This document shows positions 30,201-37,253 of a stretch of DNA of 61,080 bases, piece by piece. The notes beneath the pieces were generated by a model. The model was not told the origin of the DNA and did not search any database. It worked only from the letters and a program-made list of their open reading frames with translations. Source of the stretch: a virus (Duplodnaviria > Caudoviricetes). Position 1 is the first letter of the stretch. The number at the start of each line of letters is the position of its first letter. Location of the stretch: the IMG/VR virus record IMGVR_UViG_3300032219_001741, positions 1 to 61,080 of that record. One strand, given 5' to 3'. Made by a program: the position numbers and the translations under genes.

Positions 30201-30611
30201 GAGCTGTTGACGCTCACGATCCTGTTCGGCGGCGATCTTTTCCGCATCAGCCCGAACCTTCTCGGGATCTTGCGGGACCACAAATGCAGGCTTGATCCGG
30301 GTCTCGCCGGTCGAATCCTGCCAGGTATCTTCCCCGGACAACATCGCCTGTTGCTTGGTCCGATCGTTGCGGGCTCCAAGGTCCGCCGCTTCTTGGTCCC
30401 GGCGTTGACGTTCGGCCAAAATCGCATCCTGGCGGGCCTTGCGGTCGGCGGCGGCGCGTTGCTGTTGGATCGTGTCGCGAATCCACGACCCGGTTTTCTC
30501 AGTGCGCTGGCGGTCGGCGGCGATCTTCTCTGTCTCCTGCCGCATGTCAACATTCACGGGGATGCTGCCGGACTGAAGACCGGAGCGGACTTTGTCAAAG
30601 GGGGATGCCAT
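18216..30611 (-). CDS. Giant polyvalent virion protein (DarB-like architecture): coiled-coil/Gly-rich N-terminus, zincin HExxH modules, two ART-PolyVal-like domains, LPD23
   Basis: 4131 aa; HELIH, HEIGH, HELQH; FHG..F..F/GYDG/QIKSA ART pattern twice; TGWF.G..DGKMRFEI.D LPD23 pattern. Confidence 0.85.
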   Translation of the reverse strand: MASPFDKVRSGLQSGSIPVNVDMRQETEKIAADRQRTEKTGSWIRDTIQQQRAAADRKARQDAILAERQRRDQEAADLGARNDRTKQQAMLSGEDTWQDSTGETRIKPAFVVPQDPEKVRADAEKIAAEQDRERQQLIANQRAAKSRELDYNAEAAKRMAKEPDAILKQVGKDLGVDPEDPQSIESLADTDKAYVQATKQARDVAAQAAQAADDKAFSFKGGADKADSAVVAEANRVRQDREIQELAAKRAELSAKAEAAKAQVDQTTAEHQARILAAEEEFETAVSGPMTSDQYREAKVKRDAIKVESRNAIDLATNRFARTYGAIRDEDAIQQALLERKLPKDVPAKQPAATPFSNAPQEAPTPGEPAPGAAPAEVQTPGLEPLNASPAVPVEEDQSDEGVIASRIQERRASQLAEFQATQRDVIAKLANDQMLPEEANDAVAAAMSAIDTQLDDATQERLSPLVAEAFAAAEKDAKTPEEAAAKLMASGKLSKIAPALGYDDAAALYLANVDTATFKPKPEPVEGKGWFAQLKRAPIVGDVVRGAEVSTRQLPQLGFGVAALIGDTLEKTVGKGETLRNWGFRGYLDAEQGMAPISREDDDVTVAWSKASKGNLGAMANFLEYAVGYGIGQILETIAVSAAGGAIGGAAGTAVEPGGGTAVGAVGGALGGAFAKGAVKTGIRKFMAEAIASQAEKMALKQLGKTAAKAEVKALAQTATLKQAAAKAIGSNTAILTNALGMELGAIYGEAAKKAKEEGRELTGWELARVWGTGIAAGGLESVADKFGLDLLGGKKMPKGVTGRAVRAATGAAQGVAMEGGTEALQTVLERVGAGQNPIDAEGRRDIINATAMGGIMGGGVGAIGGALSSEPVNTATPQGKIQVAWQNAATVTTPEALAAHAGIEPAQYEALVKDFGDPSQAAAKDFATANLLTTGAQQQNRHSDVLAPVTEAIQQGTARAQERAKAMADIAVATDPKEFDRALLSARDSGDENAIAEVVASQQSALFVRGIAKVLAGNTPSTAEQAAIEAQFEGTSAPAITEGPGKTPIVSDLAIERAETLMPGMGAALKSINPMGEVEATQQAQAREDAKAAKQSGGGMAPQGTQQPEVAAPSGEGAAQGFTYTATMPDGQTVSLPSEQRLGRAARVVLFQDAGVTIPTNTPITETAGTSAQVPASSNKGGAQSPAEIEAVAMLQSGSTPAEVRAKLPGLTLARIKALANPSQRTTQSERGKASFDKGSYRVPAEVAAWDQQHRTERHDEWFDGANVNESARRGFDEARANGGHDIQAHGMAKAGTLSGGLADLLNMITNGLDPSRIKPYSNGELMLETAPLVSEKGGSSAGATPNGSAYSDGPFQLLARPGQYLEGQYLEGLGAILINEAHADQAATIKAEIAKVRPDLIVGTYSEAGAVVAQLNAKAKGGTKGARRGQKPEANGTSAGQDETPTDYVKRIAPKAAALVDVFPGGVRDAKESELGESPMGYARGKLVVNRRALERYSPEQAETLVRHELIHHAMKDAVREGAFSDADVAGVWSALGDSREGKKLQRLVRNAYFSSRSMKAEAAEASDFVLGAEMIRMMVEDAEFAGQISEAVIGNAEATSMVRRILRELRKWLKLAIKQLGDANPELKAELEAMAAATAQALRNLKTEAATGSKPATKPKDDGQNETLNASGAVPSSLVDYIRDSDDPLSDIDQLLTALGIIGDSSYYGYGKGVDVFDEIVREWEAEGDPRNESAVRARMARGNFDQWAQFLKGASEVDVSKLLVDAGHSDLVEDEDATPSEQSFTAPQADPVTPSENELLMASAAVPSSMVRRFGVTQESDPFAFAYLGRRRGKINTQEIKTKADLDAFAEAEFARRSANRFQVESESIRRLEPVIRKAAEKQAKYGIEEGFDTLATLSAGESSNYVEAAARKAAADNGREWREMNAYERQSYLDEAENAMPKRSTDAGWSAWVEQNVNRPRREAAETWKNLLVAGPDSYASDPYAANLAWDILENSIGSRDNYGLGRPREITLRVLESTLELIRSGEAGDPLFLYDEERAKAATKGLRTIKAGEGHRWVFVPGGAAGGGSPQSAVMVTFEDGSTIKAATRVDAENAAKDAIEGYLDFSDIEIVEASSLLEIINDYPLSEYDEDYIGFAVESSADPDMTEVVKVFETRVDAEDYVAEYKGQWVHRPNMYDRFRIDDTFPSKQEAKNDARSSAIEAELGTLTIEEITDVPPDHIKSLMALSPDSWCTNGEGQARHYLATHDYWLLLGPASGKTLGGIRLFTGTNTMQGINGVNNAEDARQLIGDHAKRIALLVRAEGINVTDAATRKAIEGVSPATTNEILKASGAVPVTPKMDAEYLAAVGGGNTTKARKVFESAAKAAGVKLYSLNDAKKEVSQKDLDAAKADMARFEGAFAKALANPDDAETMDGESFAEMWDADVRGDDPEWIDLSSDEKERVIRRHYEGGGWEEDTILELERAVEEAQEAVDNKAEALVQRKNKYPVADAVQALLAGFPVDFSYRGSSQGSVYFTGYAPNDDDKTITVRASGHQQKQGGGFQRSDMDEGRAGNSDIDIFTNADGDVAARILPQSGDWDSSTIRADFATVIKTIEDRLGIKHDQSSGWVALQKENHAVTYDETGRVIPLSERFNPESDSILRASGATPEEPNRYQRERQRRIDATVRDTLGLITNTPVPTPPKERTRKAVGGKIAAKIAEVRRKMESPSKEPPRTVALADIPDMGAMIGVVHRDAIPTWQGIYGDALAMIGEPGDQEVVPMFVGRVPEGRTGATVMVRDVDGEAMAPVQIPVRSRAWALAMPEMTQASQIVVTSGGADGIRQGTIDLAGMFGGTIDATDLKATGDFIGVVRGPDGDRVYKDANDEEPVILKASGAVPVNYARHAVLESKFNNGTITEAETTEAEALVASAARNAGFDSPRVFHGRSASFNKFDKRFGGKNTEARSAKIAFFFTTDERTARAYAVYSAEDGPIKEAMREAEKAERRGDWDGYDEAVRKAEALDTAASRLELRKNADVFAGYLSGRFMEFDAEGKSPQELTEDGDIDEGLTGLLKDARRQGYDGVIFRNLDDAIGLFNVPADHYAVFNSNQIKSAEPFTGTRLSERFNPQSNDIRYSAAPAPVLRGNVEAVREALKNRFGGSIPSGVRVVDLPNETWLGMIQGNEILVNAATNQARQAPLTVAHEIGHYVWRKPGARKAFDRFTELLTPAERARVDEIIRDFYDGPMGEYASEERAVLAFENMIAKSGPDTRTAWERLVNLVTRAVKKLFGVALTPAEAKAQAWDIFASGLRGFRGGPMNGDARYSSKAGGMSKDAARHAELEAKFNAGTITEAETREAQRITRKAARDAGFTEKGWHGGAKGIEEFSTPTFFATEKRFAEAFAKQFHGADGQVYETFIAAKNPLRLDRLGVKSTQTAFMRFLQRNGIVLDFDPITVWDSVRSILTGEEKADTYEATQSLVDDDDFVAALRNAGFDSITQIEPGESLATGNTKSLIVIDPSQIKLADPFTGVPLDKRFNPASDDIRYSYAGASAQMPQFMADALQSAKAMAAAGKSSEEIRAVTGWFPGPYDGKMRFEIPDDGAETRAMTQSELRQGELTRALGDFLDHPAFFDAYPEARDITVKWRPQPLGGGVFRPSLNEIELNNPVSYRLLSDLLHELQHWIQDREGFAVGTSLDGMDYAADQVAAQNRAKMDAIKISLLALNRQITETSDPQARSGLESRYQDGVDELNALRQASAEARARADQATPAQRMGAYRRNAGEIEARDVQARQSMTPEQRKAVAPYSSENIAPEDAIVMFGASGPQMSAGESSDILKASGAVPSFRAEREAGFFSQLEQVIGSKITGRFASPEQVKALIQNPGSGVKADEIKWSGVIPAIDRIAKENGGKVPREALLAHLRDSGRVRFEEVAMGGRDRMTAPQSAERLRRALREDGFNATESDSVVQAASRYENTYLGRNARIADLVQETISDYRGLQESGENATKFAQYQIPGGSNYREVVLAMGGKPDAERYAKMESIRKELENPNLTEDQKRALRVQYRDLSDVSTGYEGYTSSHFPDVANYVAHMRTNEREGGLFIEEIQSDRGQAIRKDAAGMMAQLDDAWVSVVTRMKKDGILKVVCP

Positions 30612-30620
30612 GGCGGTGGA

Positions 30621-32171
30621 TTAGCGGGAAGCGAGAGCTTTGGAGGCAGCGGCGCGGACCGGGGAAGGAGTTGCGGCAACCCGCTTGGTTGCTCCAGCGC
30701 GTCCGCCCGTGCGGGCAACTGGCGTGAACTCTGTGGGAGTCCGTGGCTTGCCCATTACCTTTTGCACCATGCTGTCAACAGTCGGCGGCGCGGGCGCATC
30801 CTTCCCGACTCGCGAGCTGGGTGGTCGCGCTGCGATTTGCGGAGCCGGGGCGGATTGCGCCGCCTTGTATTCCGGGGAATCAATGAAAGATGTCGGCTTG
30901 TATTCCACATCGGAAGGCCGACCAAGCAGAGCTGTTTTTGGACTCTGCATTAACGGATGTTCGATGTAAATGCGGTTGGCTTCACGCTTTGCAAACGCCT
31001 TCGCGGCATCACGAACCGCTTGCGTCGGTTCAGGCAGGGGCGGAGCCTTAACGTCAGTTCGCGGGGCTGGGACTGTGGCGCGAGCGTTGGCGAACATCGA
31101 CGCAACCTCGCCTTGCGCTTTGGCAGTGGCGGCAGCGCGATCAAACGTCGGAAGCTTCGGGCCTTGCGTCGGCCTGTCACCCATTACATTCGTTGTCGCT
31201 TTGGCGGGCGGACCCGATACTGCAATCTTGCGATCAGCACGAGTCATGCCGTCGTTTCGCCGCACGTTCATAGCTCCGGCAGGAGTGGCGGTTTCGGTTT
31301 GCGGCTTCGACCCTGATCCGTTGTAGGTCGATTGCGGACCAATCACGCCCATCGCCATCGCGGTCTGAGCCCGTGCGCGGAAGGTCGAGGCGGCGTTTTT
31401 GCCCTCCCATGACGGTGGAGCTGCGGGCCGATCAGCGGGCAACAACGGCGAGGCATTCAGCGGACCAGCTCCCTGCACGCCGGAAACGCTCCCAAGTCCT
31501 CGCGCACCTTGAATCCCACCCGTGCTTTGCTGACGCGCTCCATTGAGTCCGGATGGCCCGTCTTGCGCAACCGCGCCTTGCACCGGGCCAGTGCTCTGTG
31601 GCCTTGCGCCGTCAGGAAGTGGGGACGGAGCCGCCGGATTAGGGGCCGTAGTCGGGGTTTGACCTCCCGGAGTCGCGGGCCGCATCGGACTCCCCGGAGC
31701 GTTCGCGGAATTCGGTGCAGAACCTTCCGATTGACCAAGTCCCGTCACCGCAATCCGGTTCCGCGCATCCGCAGCCTTGGCCCGGATGTCCATTTGCGAT
31801 TGAGAGAGCGGCGTGTTCTGGCGTTGCTCCCACGCAGCGCGGCCCTCATCGCCCATCTCCCGATACTCTTTGTCGAGGATCGCCATGGCCTCGAACTTGG
31901 TCTTGCCCTTGAACCGGCCCTCGTTGTATTTGGCACCGCCGCCGCGTTTCCCGCTCAACGTCCGGGAAGCTCCGCCGATGGCCGATGCGACATAGGCGTC
32001 GTAGCCGTTCAGCTCAGGGGCTGTCGCGGCGGCGTAGTCGTCTTTCGTAACTCCCTCGGCGGCTTGGTTCGCCTTGGCCTTTTCCAACGAAGCGTTTCCG
32101 CCAAGATCGACAGGAGGCCGTTTCGAAGCCGTTCCCTTGTATTGCGCAACCAACTCCGAAAGCGTAGCCAT
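30621..32171 (-). CDS. Low-complexity Ala/Pro-rich protein, probable internal virion/ejection protein
   Basis: 516 aa, first gene of the giant-protein operon; internal repeat GARPQSTGPVQGA / GARQQSTGGIQGA. Confidence 0.65.
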   Translation of the reverse strand: MATLSELVAQYKGTASKRPPVDLGGNASLEKAKANQAAEGVTKDDYAAATAPELNGYDAYVASAIGGASRTLSGKRGGGAKYNEGRFKGKTKFEAMAILDKEYREMGDEGRAAWEQRQNTPLSQSQMDIRAKAADARNRIAVTGLGQSEGSAPNSANAPGSPMRPATPGGQTPTTAPNPAAPSPLPDGARPQSTGPVQGAVAQDGPSGLNGARQQSTGGIQGARGLGSVSGVQGAGPLNASPLLPADRPAAPPSWEGKNAASTFRARAQTAMAMGVIGPQSTYNGSGSKPQTETATPAGAMNVRRNDGMTRADRKIAVSGPPAKATTNVMGDRPTQGPKLPTFDRAAATAKAQGEVASMFANARATVPAPRTDVKAPPLPEPTQAVRDAAKAFAKREANRIYIEHPLMQSPKTALLGRPSDVEYKPTSFIDSPEYKAAQSAPAPQIAARPPSSRVGKDAPAPPTVDSMVQKVMGKPRTPTEFTPVARTGGRAGATKRVAATPSPVRAAASKALASR

Positions 32172-32246
32172 TCCGCACCTTAGCGCGTGCGCGAGAGGGC
32201 GGGAGGCAGAACCGCGCGGAGTGTCGCCGATGGTTGGCGACGGTGC

Positions 32247-32438
32247 CTAATTTAGTCCACTCAACGGATTGGTTCCGCCCTTTGGCGTTCCGAAGGCAAG
32301 CAGAAGCTGCGCGAGAGATGGAACGTATCGGACGATGTCCTCGGCTAATGATCGAAGCTCATCCTCAGTATAAAGGCTTCCGGCGGGGCGAATGGCGCGG
32401 GGCGTGTCTTTGGCGTCGTTGGGTTCGTTCAGGTTCAT
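32247..32438 (-). CDS. Hypothetical protein
   Basis: MNLNEPNDAK... short ORF; start uncertain. Confidence 0.4.
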   Translation of the reverse strand: MNLNEPNDAKDTPRAIRPAGSLYTEDELRSLAEDIVRYVPSLAQLLLAFGTPKGGTNPLSGLN

Positions 32439-32514
32439 CCCGAACTCTAACATTACACCCCCACAGGTCCGCAACCGGAATTTGCAAATTTGAGACTACC
32501 GCTTAAGCTGACGC

Positions 32515-32784
32515 ATGGCAGACGTTGAACTTCGCGCAAACTTAATGACGCGGCTCGTGGAACTCAAGGAATGGGCCGAGGTTGTCGTGATGGCAAACGA
32601 GCGCATCGCGGAGCTGGACCGCATGATCGTTGACGCATCCGTCAAAGGCGGGGACATGGCCGAGGCCGTCAAGAACGGTCAACGCCGCGATGAGTTGACA
32701 TCATTCTTGCGGCGAGTCCGCGAGGCTCGCAGCGCAAAGGCTCCGAAGGGTCAGCCCTCGGAGGCTGGTCCTTTCAAGGTTTGA
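32515..32784 (+). CDS. Hypothetical helical protein
   Basis: TTGCAA-N16-TAAGCT-N5-ATG promoter-like element. Confidence 0.65.
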   Translation: MADVELRANLMTRLVELKEWAEVVVMANERIAELDRMIVDASVKGGDMAEAVKNGQRRDELTSFLRRVREARSAKAPKGQPSEAGPFKV

Positions 32785-33155
32785 TCGGGCGGGAAAATCG
32801 TCTTTGTGACCACGAACCCATCGCCCCGCGCTTTCAATACACGAAGCTGAGCCGGGCCGTAGTGCGCCCAAAGCTTGAATCGAATCCGAAACCCCTCGGT
32901 TTCAAACCCTTTGACTTCCTCGTAGATGACGACGCCGTTTTCGACAAATCGAAAATCTGGTTTGTAACCGATCTGGGCGGCACTCAGATAGGTTTGAGGC
33001 TGGAATTCCAGATCAGTGATCTCACCGGCCAGCTCCAAAAGCCGGAGCATATTGCCGCGCCGCATCTCCGCTTTGGAATCGAAGGTGCGATCCAAGAGGT
33101 TGGATTTGGCTCGGACGGCACCAAACTTGTTGCGAGTAATTCCGGTGCGCTTCAC
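32751..33155 (-). CDS. DUF1064-like PD-(D/E)xK endonuclease
   Basis: NKFGA...FDSKAE...DLEFQP...YKPDF...EEVKG. Confidence 0.85.
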   Translation of the reverse strand: MKRTGITRNKFGAVRAKSNLLDRTFDSKAEMRRGNMLRLLELAGEITDLEFQPQTYLSAAQIGYKPDFRFVENGVVIYEEVKGFETEGFRIRFKLWAHYGPAQLRVLKARGDGFVVTKTIFPPDQTLKGPASEG

Positions 33156-33454
33156 TGCGGCAAGCCTTCCTCGTCATCGACCAGAAACCATTTTCGGTCC
33201 CGGATCGTCAGGACCCCGTCGGCCACGAGGTTGCCCATTCGGTCGTCAACGTATCGACCTACCCCGCGAGGGCTCTCGGTCGGATGCAACGTGCAAACGT
33301 AAGTCTGGACATCGATGCGCGTAGCCCCGGATCCGTTGAGCGACCGGAAGTAGTCGAGCACGTCGCATGAAACCCGGGCGGGTGCTGCGCTGCGTTTAGG
33401 CGTCCCTCGGGGGAGGTGGCGCGTCCATTCGGCGGGGTGCGGGGGTTTCTTCAT
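33152..33454 (-). CDS. Hypothetical (possible winged helix) protein
   Basis: ATGA-coupled in operon. Confidence 0.55.
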   Translation of the reverse strand: MKKPPHPAEWTRHLPRGTPKRSAAPARVSCDVLDYFRSLNGSGATRIDVQTYVCTLHPTESPRGVGRYVDDRMGNLVADGVLTIRDRKWFLVDDEEGLPQ

Positions 33455-33885
33455 GGCTTTGTCGATGGTGATTCAATCCGCGCGGACCAAAACTCGTGGT
33501 TCTCGCTCGCGTAGTGTCGGCCCGAAAAACCGACTCCGACCCATTCGCCAAACTCTGGTTGGCTCGGATTCGGAGCCCAGAGGACGAGCCATTCTTCGAG
33601 CCAGTCTGATTTGTCACGCATCCAGTAGTATCCGGGGTCGGCGGGGCGTTCTGCGGTCCATTTGGCGGCGGACGCAACCGCAATGACCTCCTGCCACGTC
33701 ATACCGCGCGGGATATGGATGACATCTCCAGGCTTTGCTTGCCGGATCGCCCGCATCGTTTCTTGGATCTCCAATTCGTCACGACGTGTTTGCAGCGACA
33801 GAATCAACCCGATGGCGCTTCTGTTTTGCTTGTCAATCAGCTTCGGCTCCATCGGCGGGACGGCGTCGTCAAAGGGCGGGTTCAT
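33451..33885 (-). CDS. Hypothetical protein
   Basis: WTAERPADPGYYW motif common in small phage proteins; ATGA-coupled. Confidence 0.6.
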   Translation of the reverse strand: MNPPFDDAVPPMEPKLIDKQNRSAIGLILSLQTRRDELEIQETMRAIRQAKPGDVIHIPRGMTWQEVIAVASAAKWTAERPADPGYYWMRDKSDWLEEWLVLWAPNPSQPEFGEWVGVGFSGRHYASENHEFWSARIESPSTKP

Positions 33886-34232
33886 GCCTCAAGCCTCCTT
33901 GCCAATCGATCGCCCTTACTGACTTGGCATCCAAACCCTCGCGCCAGATCGTGCCACATTTGACTCACCGGCGAGAAAACAAGATCGCCTTCCTCGGCGA
34001 TTTCGCCTTCGAGTAGACCTCGATAATACGGAGGCGGTTCGGCATCCCCGATAAACCATGGTCGCGCCGCATCGTTTGGAATTGCGGAATGATCAACCGC
34101 CGTGACGTGAGCCCGCAGCGTGTTGGACGTGTTGATCGCCCGCTCAAGCTCGATCGCGTCATCTGGGGACAGGTCCGCCGTGACGTCGAGCACGGTTCGC
34201 CCGAAGGATTGGATCTGAATTCGGGTTTTCAT
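33882..34232 (-). CDS. Hypothetical protein
   Basis: ATGA-coupled in operon. Confidence 0.6.
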   Translation of the reverse strand: MKTRIQIQSFGRTVLDVTADLSPDDAIELERAINTSNTLRAHVTAVDHSAIPNDAARPWFIGDAEPPPYYRGLLEGEIAEEGDLVFSPVSQMWHDLARGFGCQVSKGDRLARRLEA

Positions 34233-34238
34233 AGTCGC

Positions 34239-34976
34239 TTAGGAGATTCTCGCGAGCGCCTCTTGCATGACTCGTTCGGTTCTTCGGTCGTATCTGGCCG
34301 TGGTTGATGGGTTCTTGTGGCCCACGATTCGATCAACGACCTCCATCACTTGGTCCGTCGTGATGGAGAAAAACTCGACCCCTTCGTTGAGGCTCCCGCT
34401 GTAACTCCTTATGACTCCAGTCACGGGCGTGCGAAATCGACCAAAGTAACCATGAATCATCTGCTCAGCTTTAACGCAGCATGTCACAGGAATCGAACTA
34501 GCCACCTTTGCCTTGATGCCAAAATGCTTTTCCGCCCACCGCGCCCTTGCTTGCGCTGAGGTTGAAGCGCGGCCAATCTTGATCAGGCCGTTACTGCACT
34601 CCAAGAAGTAGATGACGCCACCCTTAATTGGCTCGCAGCGATGCTGACCATTCATGACCGCGATGGACAATTCCGATCTTTTGGCCACAGGAACCGGGAC
34701 TGACGCTCGAAACCATTCAACCATCCGCTCCGGCCCAAAGAACGCATCGTGCTCAGCGTCATGCAATCGCTTCAGGTAGGTGATGAATTCACGGTGCATC
34801 AACGGAAACCCAAGGCACCATCCGCCGTCAGGGCAAAGCGCCACGGGTCTCTTTGGCTTAAATGAAGCAAGGGCGACTCGTAGGGTTTTGCAATCGATCG
34901 GGTCCATTGGAGGCTGTTCGGTATCAGACACGACGAAAGTATCACGGTTTCTAAATGCGCCAAATTCTTTCTGCAT
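34239..34976 (-). CDS. T5orf172/Mug113-like GIY-YIG domain protein with recombinase-like C-terminal tail
   Basis: VIYFLECSNGLIKIGRAS...AEQMIH..F...EFF; ends with GHKNPSTTARYDRR. Confidence 0.75.
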   Translation of the reverse strand: MQKEFGAFRNRDTFVVSDTEQPPMDPIDCKTLRVALASFKPKRPVALCPDGGWCLGFPLMHREFITYLKRLHDAEHDAFFGPERMVEWFRASVPVPVAKRSELSIAVMNGQHRCEPIKGGVIYFLECSNGLIKIGRASTSAQARARWAEKHFGIKAKVASSIPVTCCVKAEQMIHGYFGRFRTPVTGVIRSYSGSLNEGVEFFSITTDQVMEVVDRIVGHKNPSTTARYDRRTERVMQEALARIS

Positions 34977-35077
34977 CTACATCACCATTTTCAGCAGAAA
35001 GGTGAGTCTTCCAGAGCGTAAACGTGATGGTTCACGGAAAGTATTGCTGTTATGGTTAAAATAGAGAAGGGATTTGC

Positions 35078-35665
35078 CTACTCCTCACGCATCGCGGCGA
35101 TGACGGAATCGTCGCGGAGGTGGTGCAAATACTTCTCCGTCGTCGCGATGTTGGAGTGACCGAGACCGCGCGAGACATCCATGGTGTCAATCCCCTTGCG
35201 CTTCATGCGGACGGCCCCAGAATGTCGGAACCCGTGGGCGTGTAGGCGTTTGCCCAGATCAATCTTGGCGGCGATCCGGGGGAGCTTGTGCCGGAAGTGG
35301 GACGGATGAAGCGGTTTGCCGTAGAGTGAGCAGAACATCGGGTCCATCTTGGTCGCCGGGAGAGTCTTGCGCACGTCAAGCCAAGCCCCAACGCAATCAA
35401 GGGCCGACGGGGGGAGTCCGACCGTTCGAGGTTTGTCGCCTTTCCCGTGAAGAACGCGAAGCTCTCCGGTCTTCAGGTCCAAATCCGCGACCCGGAGTTG
35501 AAGGCACTCGCGAACCCGGAGCATTCCGCGCCACATGACCATGACGGCGGCCCGGTCACGGATGCCGGTTTTCGTTCGGCGCGACATGGCCGCGAGAATC
35601 AACTCCATCTCGTCGTCCGTGTAGAAGACGGAATCACGCTTTTGCTCCTTGGAGGGGGAACTCAT
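35078..35665 (-). CDS. Short tyrosine recombinase (FimB/Xer-like catalytic domain only)
   Basis: 195 aa; RDRA, LRVRE, GKGDKPR, HGFRH, LGHSNIATTEKY catalytic motifs. Confidence 0.92.
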   Translation of the reverse strand: MSSPSKEQKRDSVFYTDDEMELILAAMSRRTKTGIRDRAAVMVMWRGMLRVRECLQLRVADLDLKTGELRVLHGKGDKPRTVGLPPSALDCVGAWLDVRKTLPATKMDPMFCSLYGKPLHPSHFRHKLPRIAAKIDLGKRLHAHGFRHSGAVRMKRKGIDTMDVSRGLGHSNIATTEKYLHHLRDDSVIAAMREE

Positions 35666-35729
35666 CGGGCAATGTATCACGAAAAGCCAAAAGCACCACG
35701 GCGCATTTCGGTGCATTCGCTAATTTCCC

Positions 35730-36065
35730 TTATCGGCCCCCAGGCCAAACATACCAGCAACCCCAGCAGATGTTTTGATGCTCAAACTCCGCGCCCGCGC
35801 GTTGCGATCCGCACCGCTTGCCGCACTTCGGGCACTGCAAAAGCCACGGGCGTTCCTTGGAATCGCTTTTTCCGGTGCCGTTGCAAACCTCACATTGACC
35901 GGCAAGGTTCATTTCATCGTCTTCGAGGAAGCCGCATCCGCCGCATTTCCAGCAAATGGCAGCAGTCGGCTTCGGTTGAAGCATATCCGTTGGGATGTTC
36001 CTCAAAGCGGCCAGATAGTCGATCTCGCCGAACTTCGCGGCTTCAAGGTTCGTCGTCTCGCTCAT
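35730..36065 (-). CDS. Zn-finger (multiple CxxC) protein
   Basis: CWKCGGCG, CEVCNGTG, CPKCG, CWGC. Confidence 0.65.
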   Translation of the reverse strand: MSETTNLEAAKFGEIDYLAALRNIPTDMLQPKPTAAICWKCGGCGFLEDDEMNLAGQCEVCNGTGKSDSKERPWLLQCPKCGKRCGSQRAGAEFEHQNICWGCWYVWPGGR

Positions 36066-36301
36066 CGTTCGTCCTTTTCGTAGGCTGACAAATCAGGGCT
36101 CTCGTGGTCCCTGCCGCCCCACCCTAAAGCGTCAACTATCACGCGCCGCGCCGCCGTCACGTTTTCCGACAAAGCGCCATGACCGACGTCCTCGATCAAA
36201 GCGAGAATTTCGTCGGCGACTTCGAGCGCATTCCTGTTTTGGTCGCGCTCGGCTTGGAGCCTGCGGATTTCCGCAACTCGGGATTGGTCAAGGGTGCTCA
36301 T
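36062..36301 (-). CDS. Hypothetical protein
   Basis: MSTLDQSRVAEIRR; ATGA-coupled. Confidence 0.6.
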   Translation of the reverse strand: MSTLDQSRVAEIRRLQAERDQNRNALEVADEILALIEDVGHGALSENVTAARRVIVDALGWGGRDHESPDLSAYEKDER

Positions 36302-36555
36302 GCCGCAACCTCCCCGGTGAACTTCACCACGAAATCCATGCCGCCGTCTCCGAGCCTCCCAGCGTATCCGGCCGTCAGCGCCATGCGGGCCACGGCTTGA
36401 CGTGCGGGTTGTATCGGCCATGATGGGTAGCATTGCACGATGTCGTCAGGTCCGAAGGATTCGCCGGAGTGGCGGTTGGCAAGGACCGGGATTCCGTAGC
36501 TTGATGCCGCGTGCTCGTCAGTAAGGGACCAACTAGGAGTGAGTTGGATCGTCAT
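36298..36555 (-). CDS. Hypothetical phage protein
   Basis: LTDEHAASSYGIPVL motif; ATGA-coupled. Confidence 0.7.
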   Translation of the reverse strand: MTIQLTPSWSLTDEHAASSYGIPVLANRHSGESFGPDDIVQCYPSWPIQPARQAVARMALTAGYAGRLGDGGMDFVVKFTGEVAA

Positions 36556-37253
36556 TTGGTTTTCTCCTTCGCGGGAAGCCTTTCATTAGGTTCTGGATGC
36601 GGGACGCGACCGTTTGCGCCATAGAAGAAGGCCGTTTCGCCTCCGATAATTTCGTCGGAATCGCCCCACCATTCGTCCCATTGGCCGTTGCTCGCGGCGT
36701 CCCAGTCCGGGATTGCCTTCGCGGCCCCGGGCGGCGTGAGGGAAAGCGGCAGCCATTTGAGCCGGTTGTTTGGATAGATCGCGATCTGACCGTTCTCCAG
36801 CCGGATCACGTTTGCCTCCTTGTGCTCCTCCAATAAATCGGCCTCGCCAACGTCAAGGTGTCCCAAACCCTGACCTTCGGGAAGAAAGTCCAACGTGAAC
36901 CAGTAGTGGCCCGCCGCCATCTTTCCGCCCCCGAGATTGACGATGACCGGCACGTCGGCGAGTTGCGCCTTTTGCCAGCACTCGATTGACCCGCTGAGGC
37001 ATTCCCACATTTGCACTTTGTGCATCGGCAGGGCTTCGGCATCGGATTCCTCCGGCTCGCGCCAGTAGAGGCAATGCGGCGGGATCTTGTCGTAGCACGC
37101 GGCGAATTGATCGACCCAAACCTGAAAGGCGAAGGGGCGGTTTCGCAAGGCGCGGGCTGATACCAACCATGCGGACTCGAACTTCGAGGCGTCGCGTCCA
37201 AAGGCGTCGCAGCGGACCCACACGCGGGCTTTTGGTAGGTTGACGTTCCTCAT
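36552..37253 (-). CDS. Conserved-looking hypothetical phage protein
   Basis: QMWEC, YWFTLD, EHKE, LENGQIAIYPNNRL motifs. Confidence 0.75.
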   Translation of the reverse strand: MRNVNLPKARVWVRCDAFGRDASKFESAWLVSARALRNRPFAFQVWVDQFAACYDKIPPHCLYWREPEESDAEALPMHKVQMWECLSGSIECWQKAQLADVPVIVNLGGGKMAAGHYWFTLDFLPEGQGLGHLDVGEADLLEEHKEANVIRLENGQIAIYPNNRLKWLPLSLTPPGAAKAIPDWDAASNGQWDEWWGDSDEIIGGETAFFYGANGRVPHPEPNERLPAKEKTK

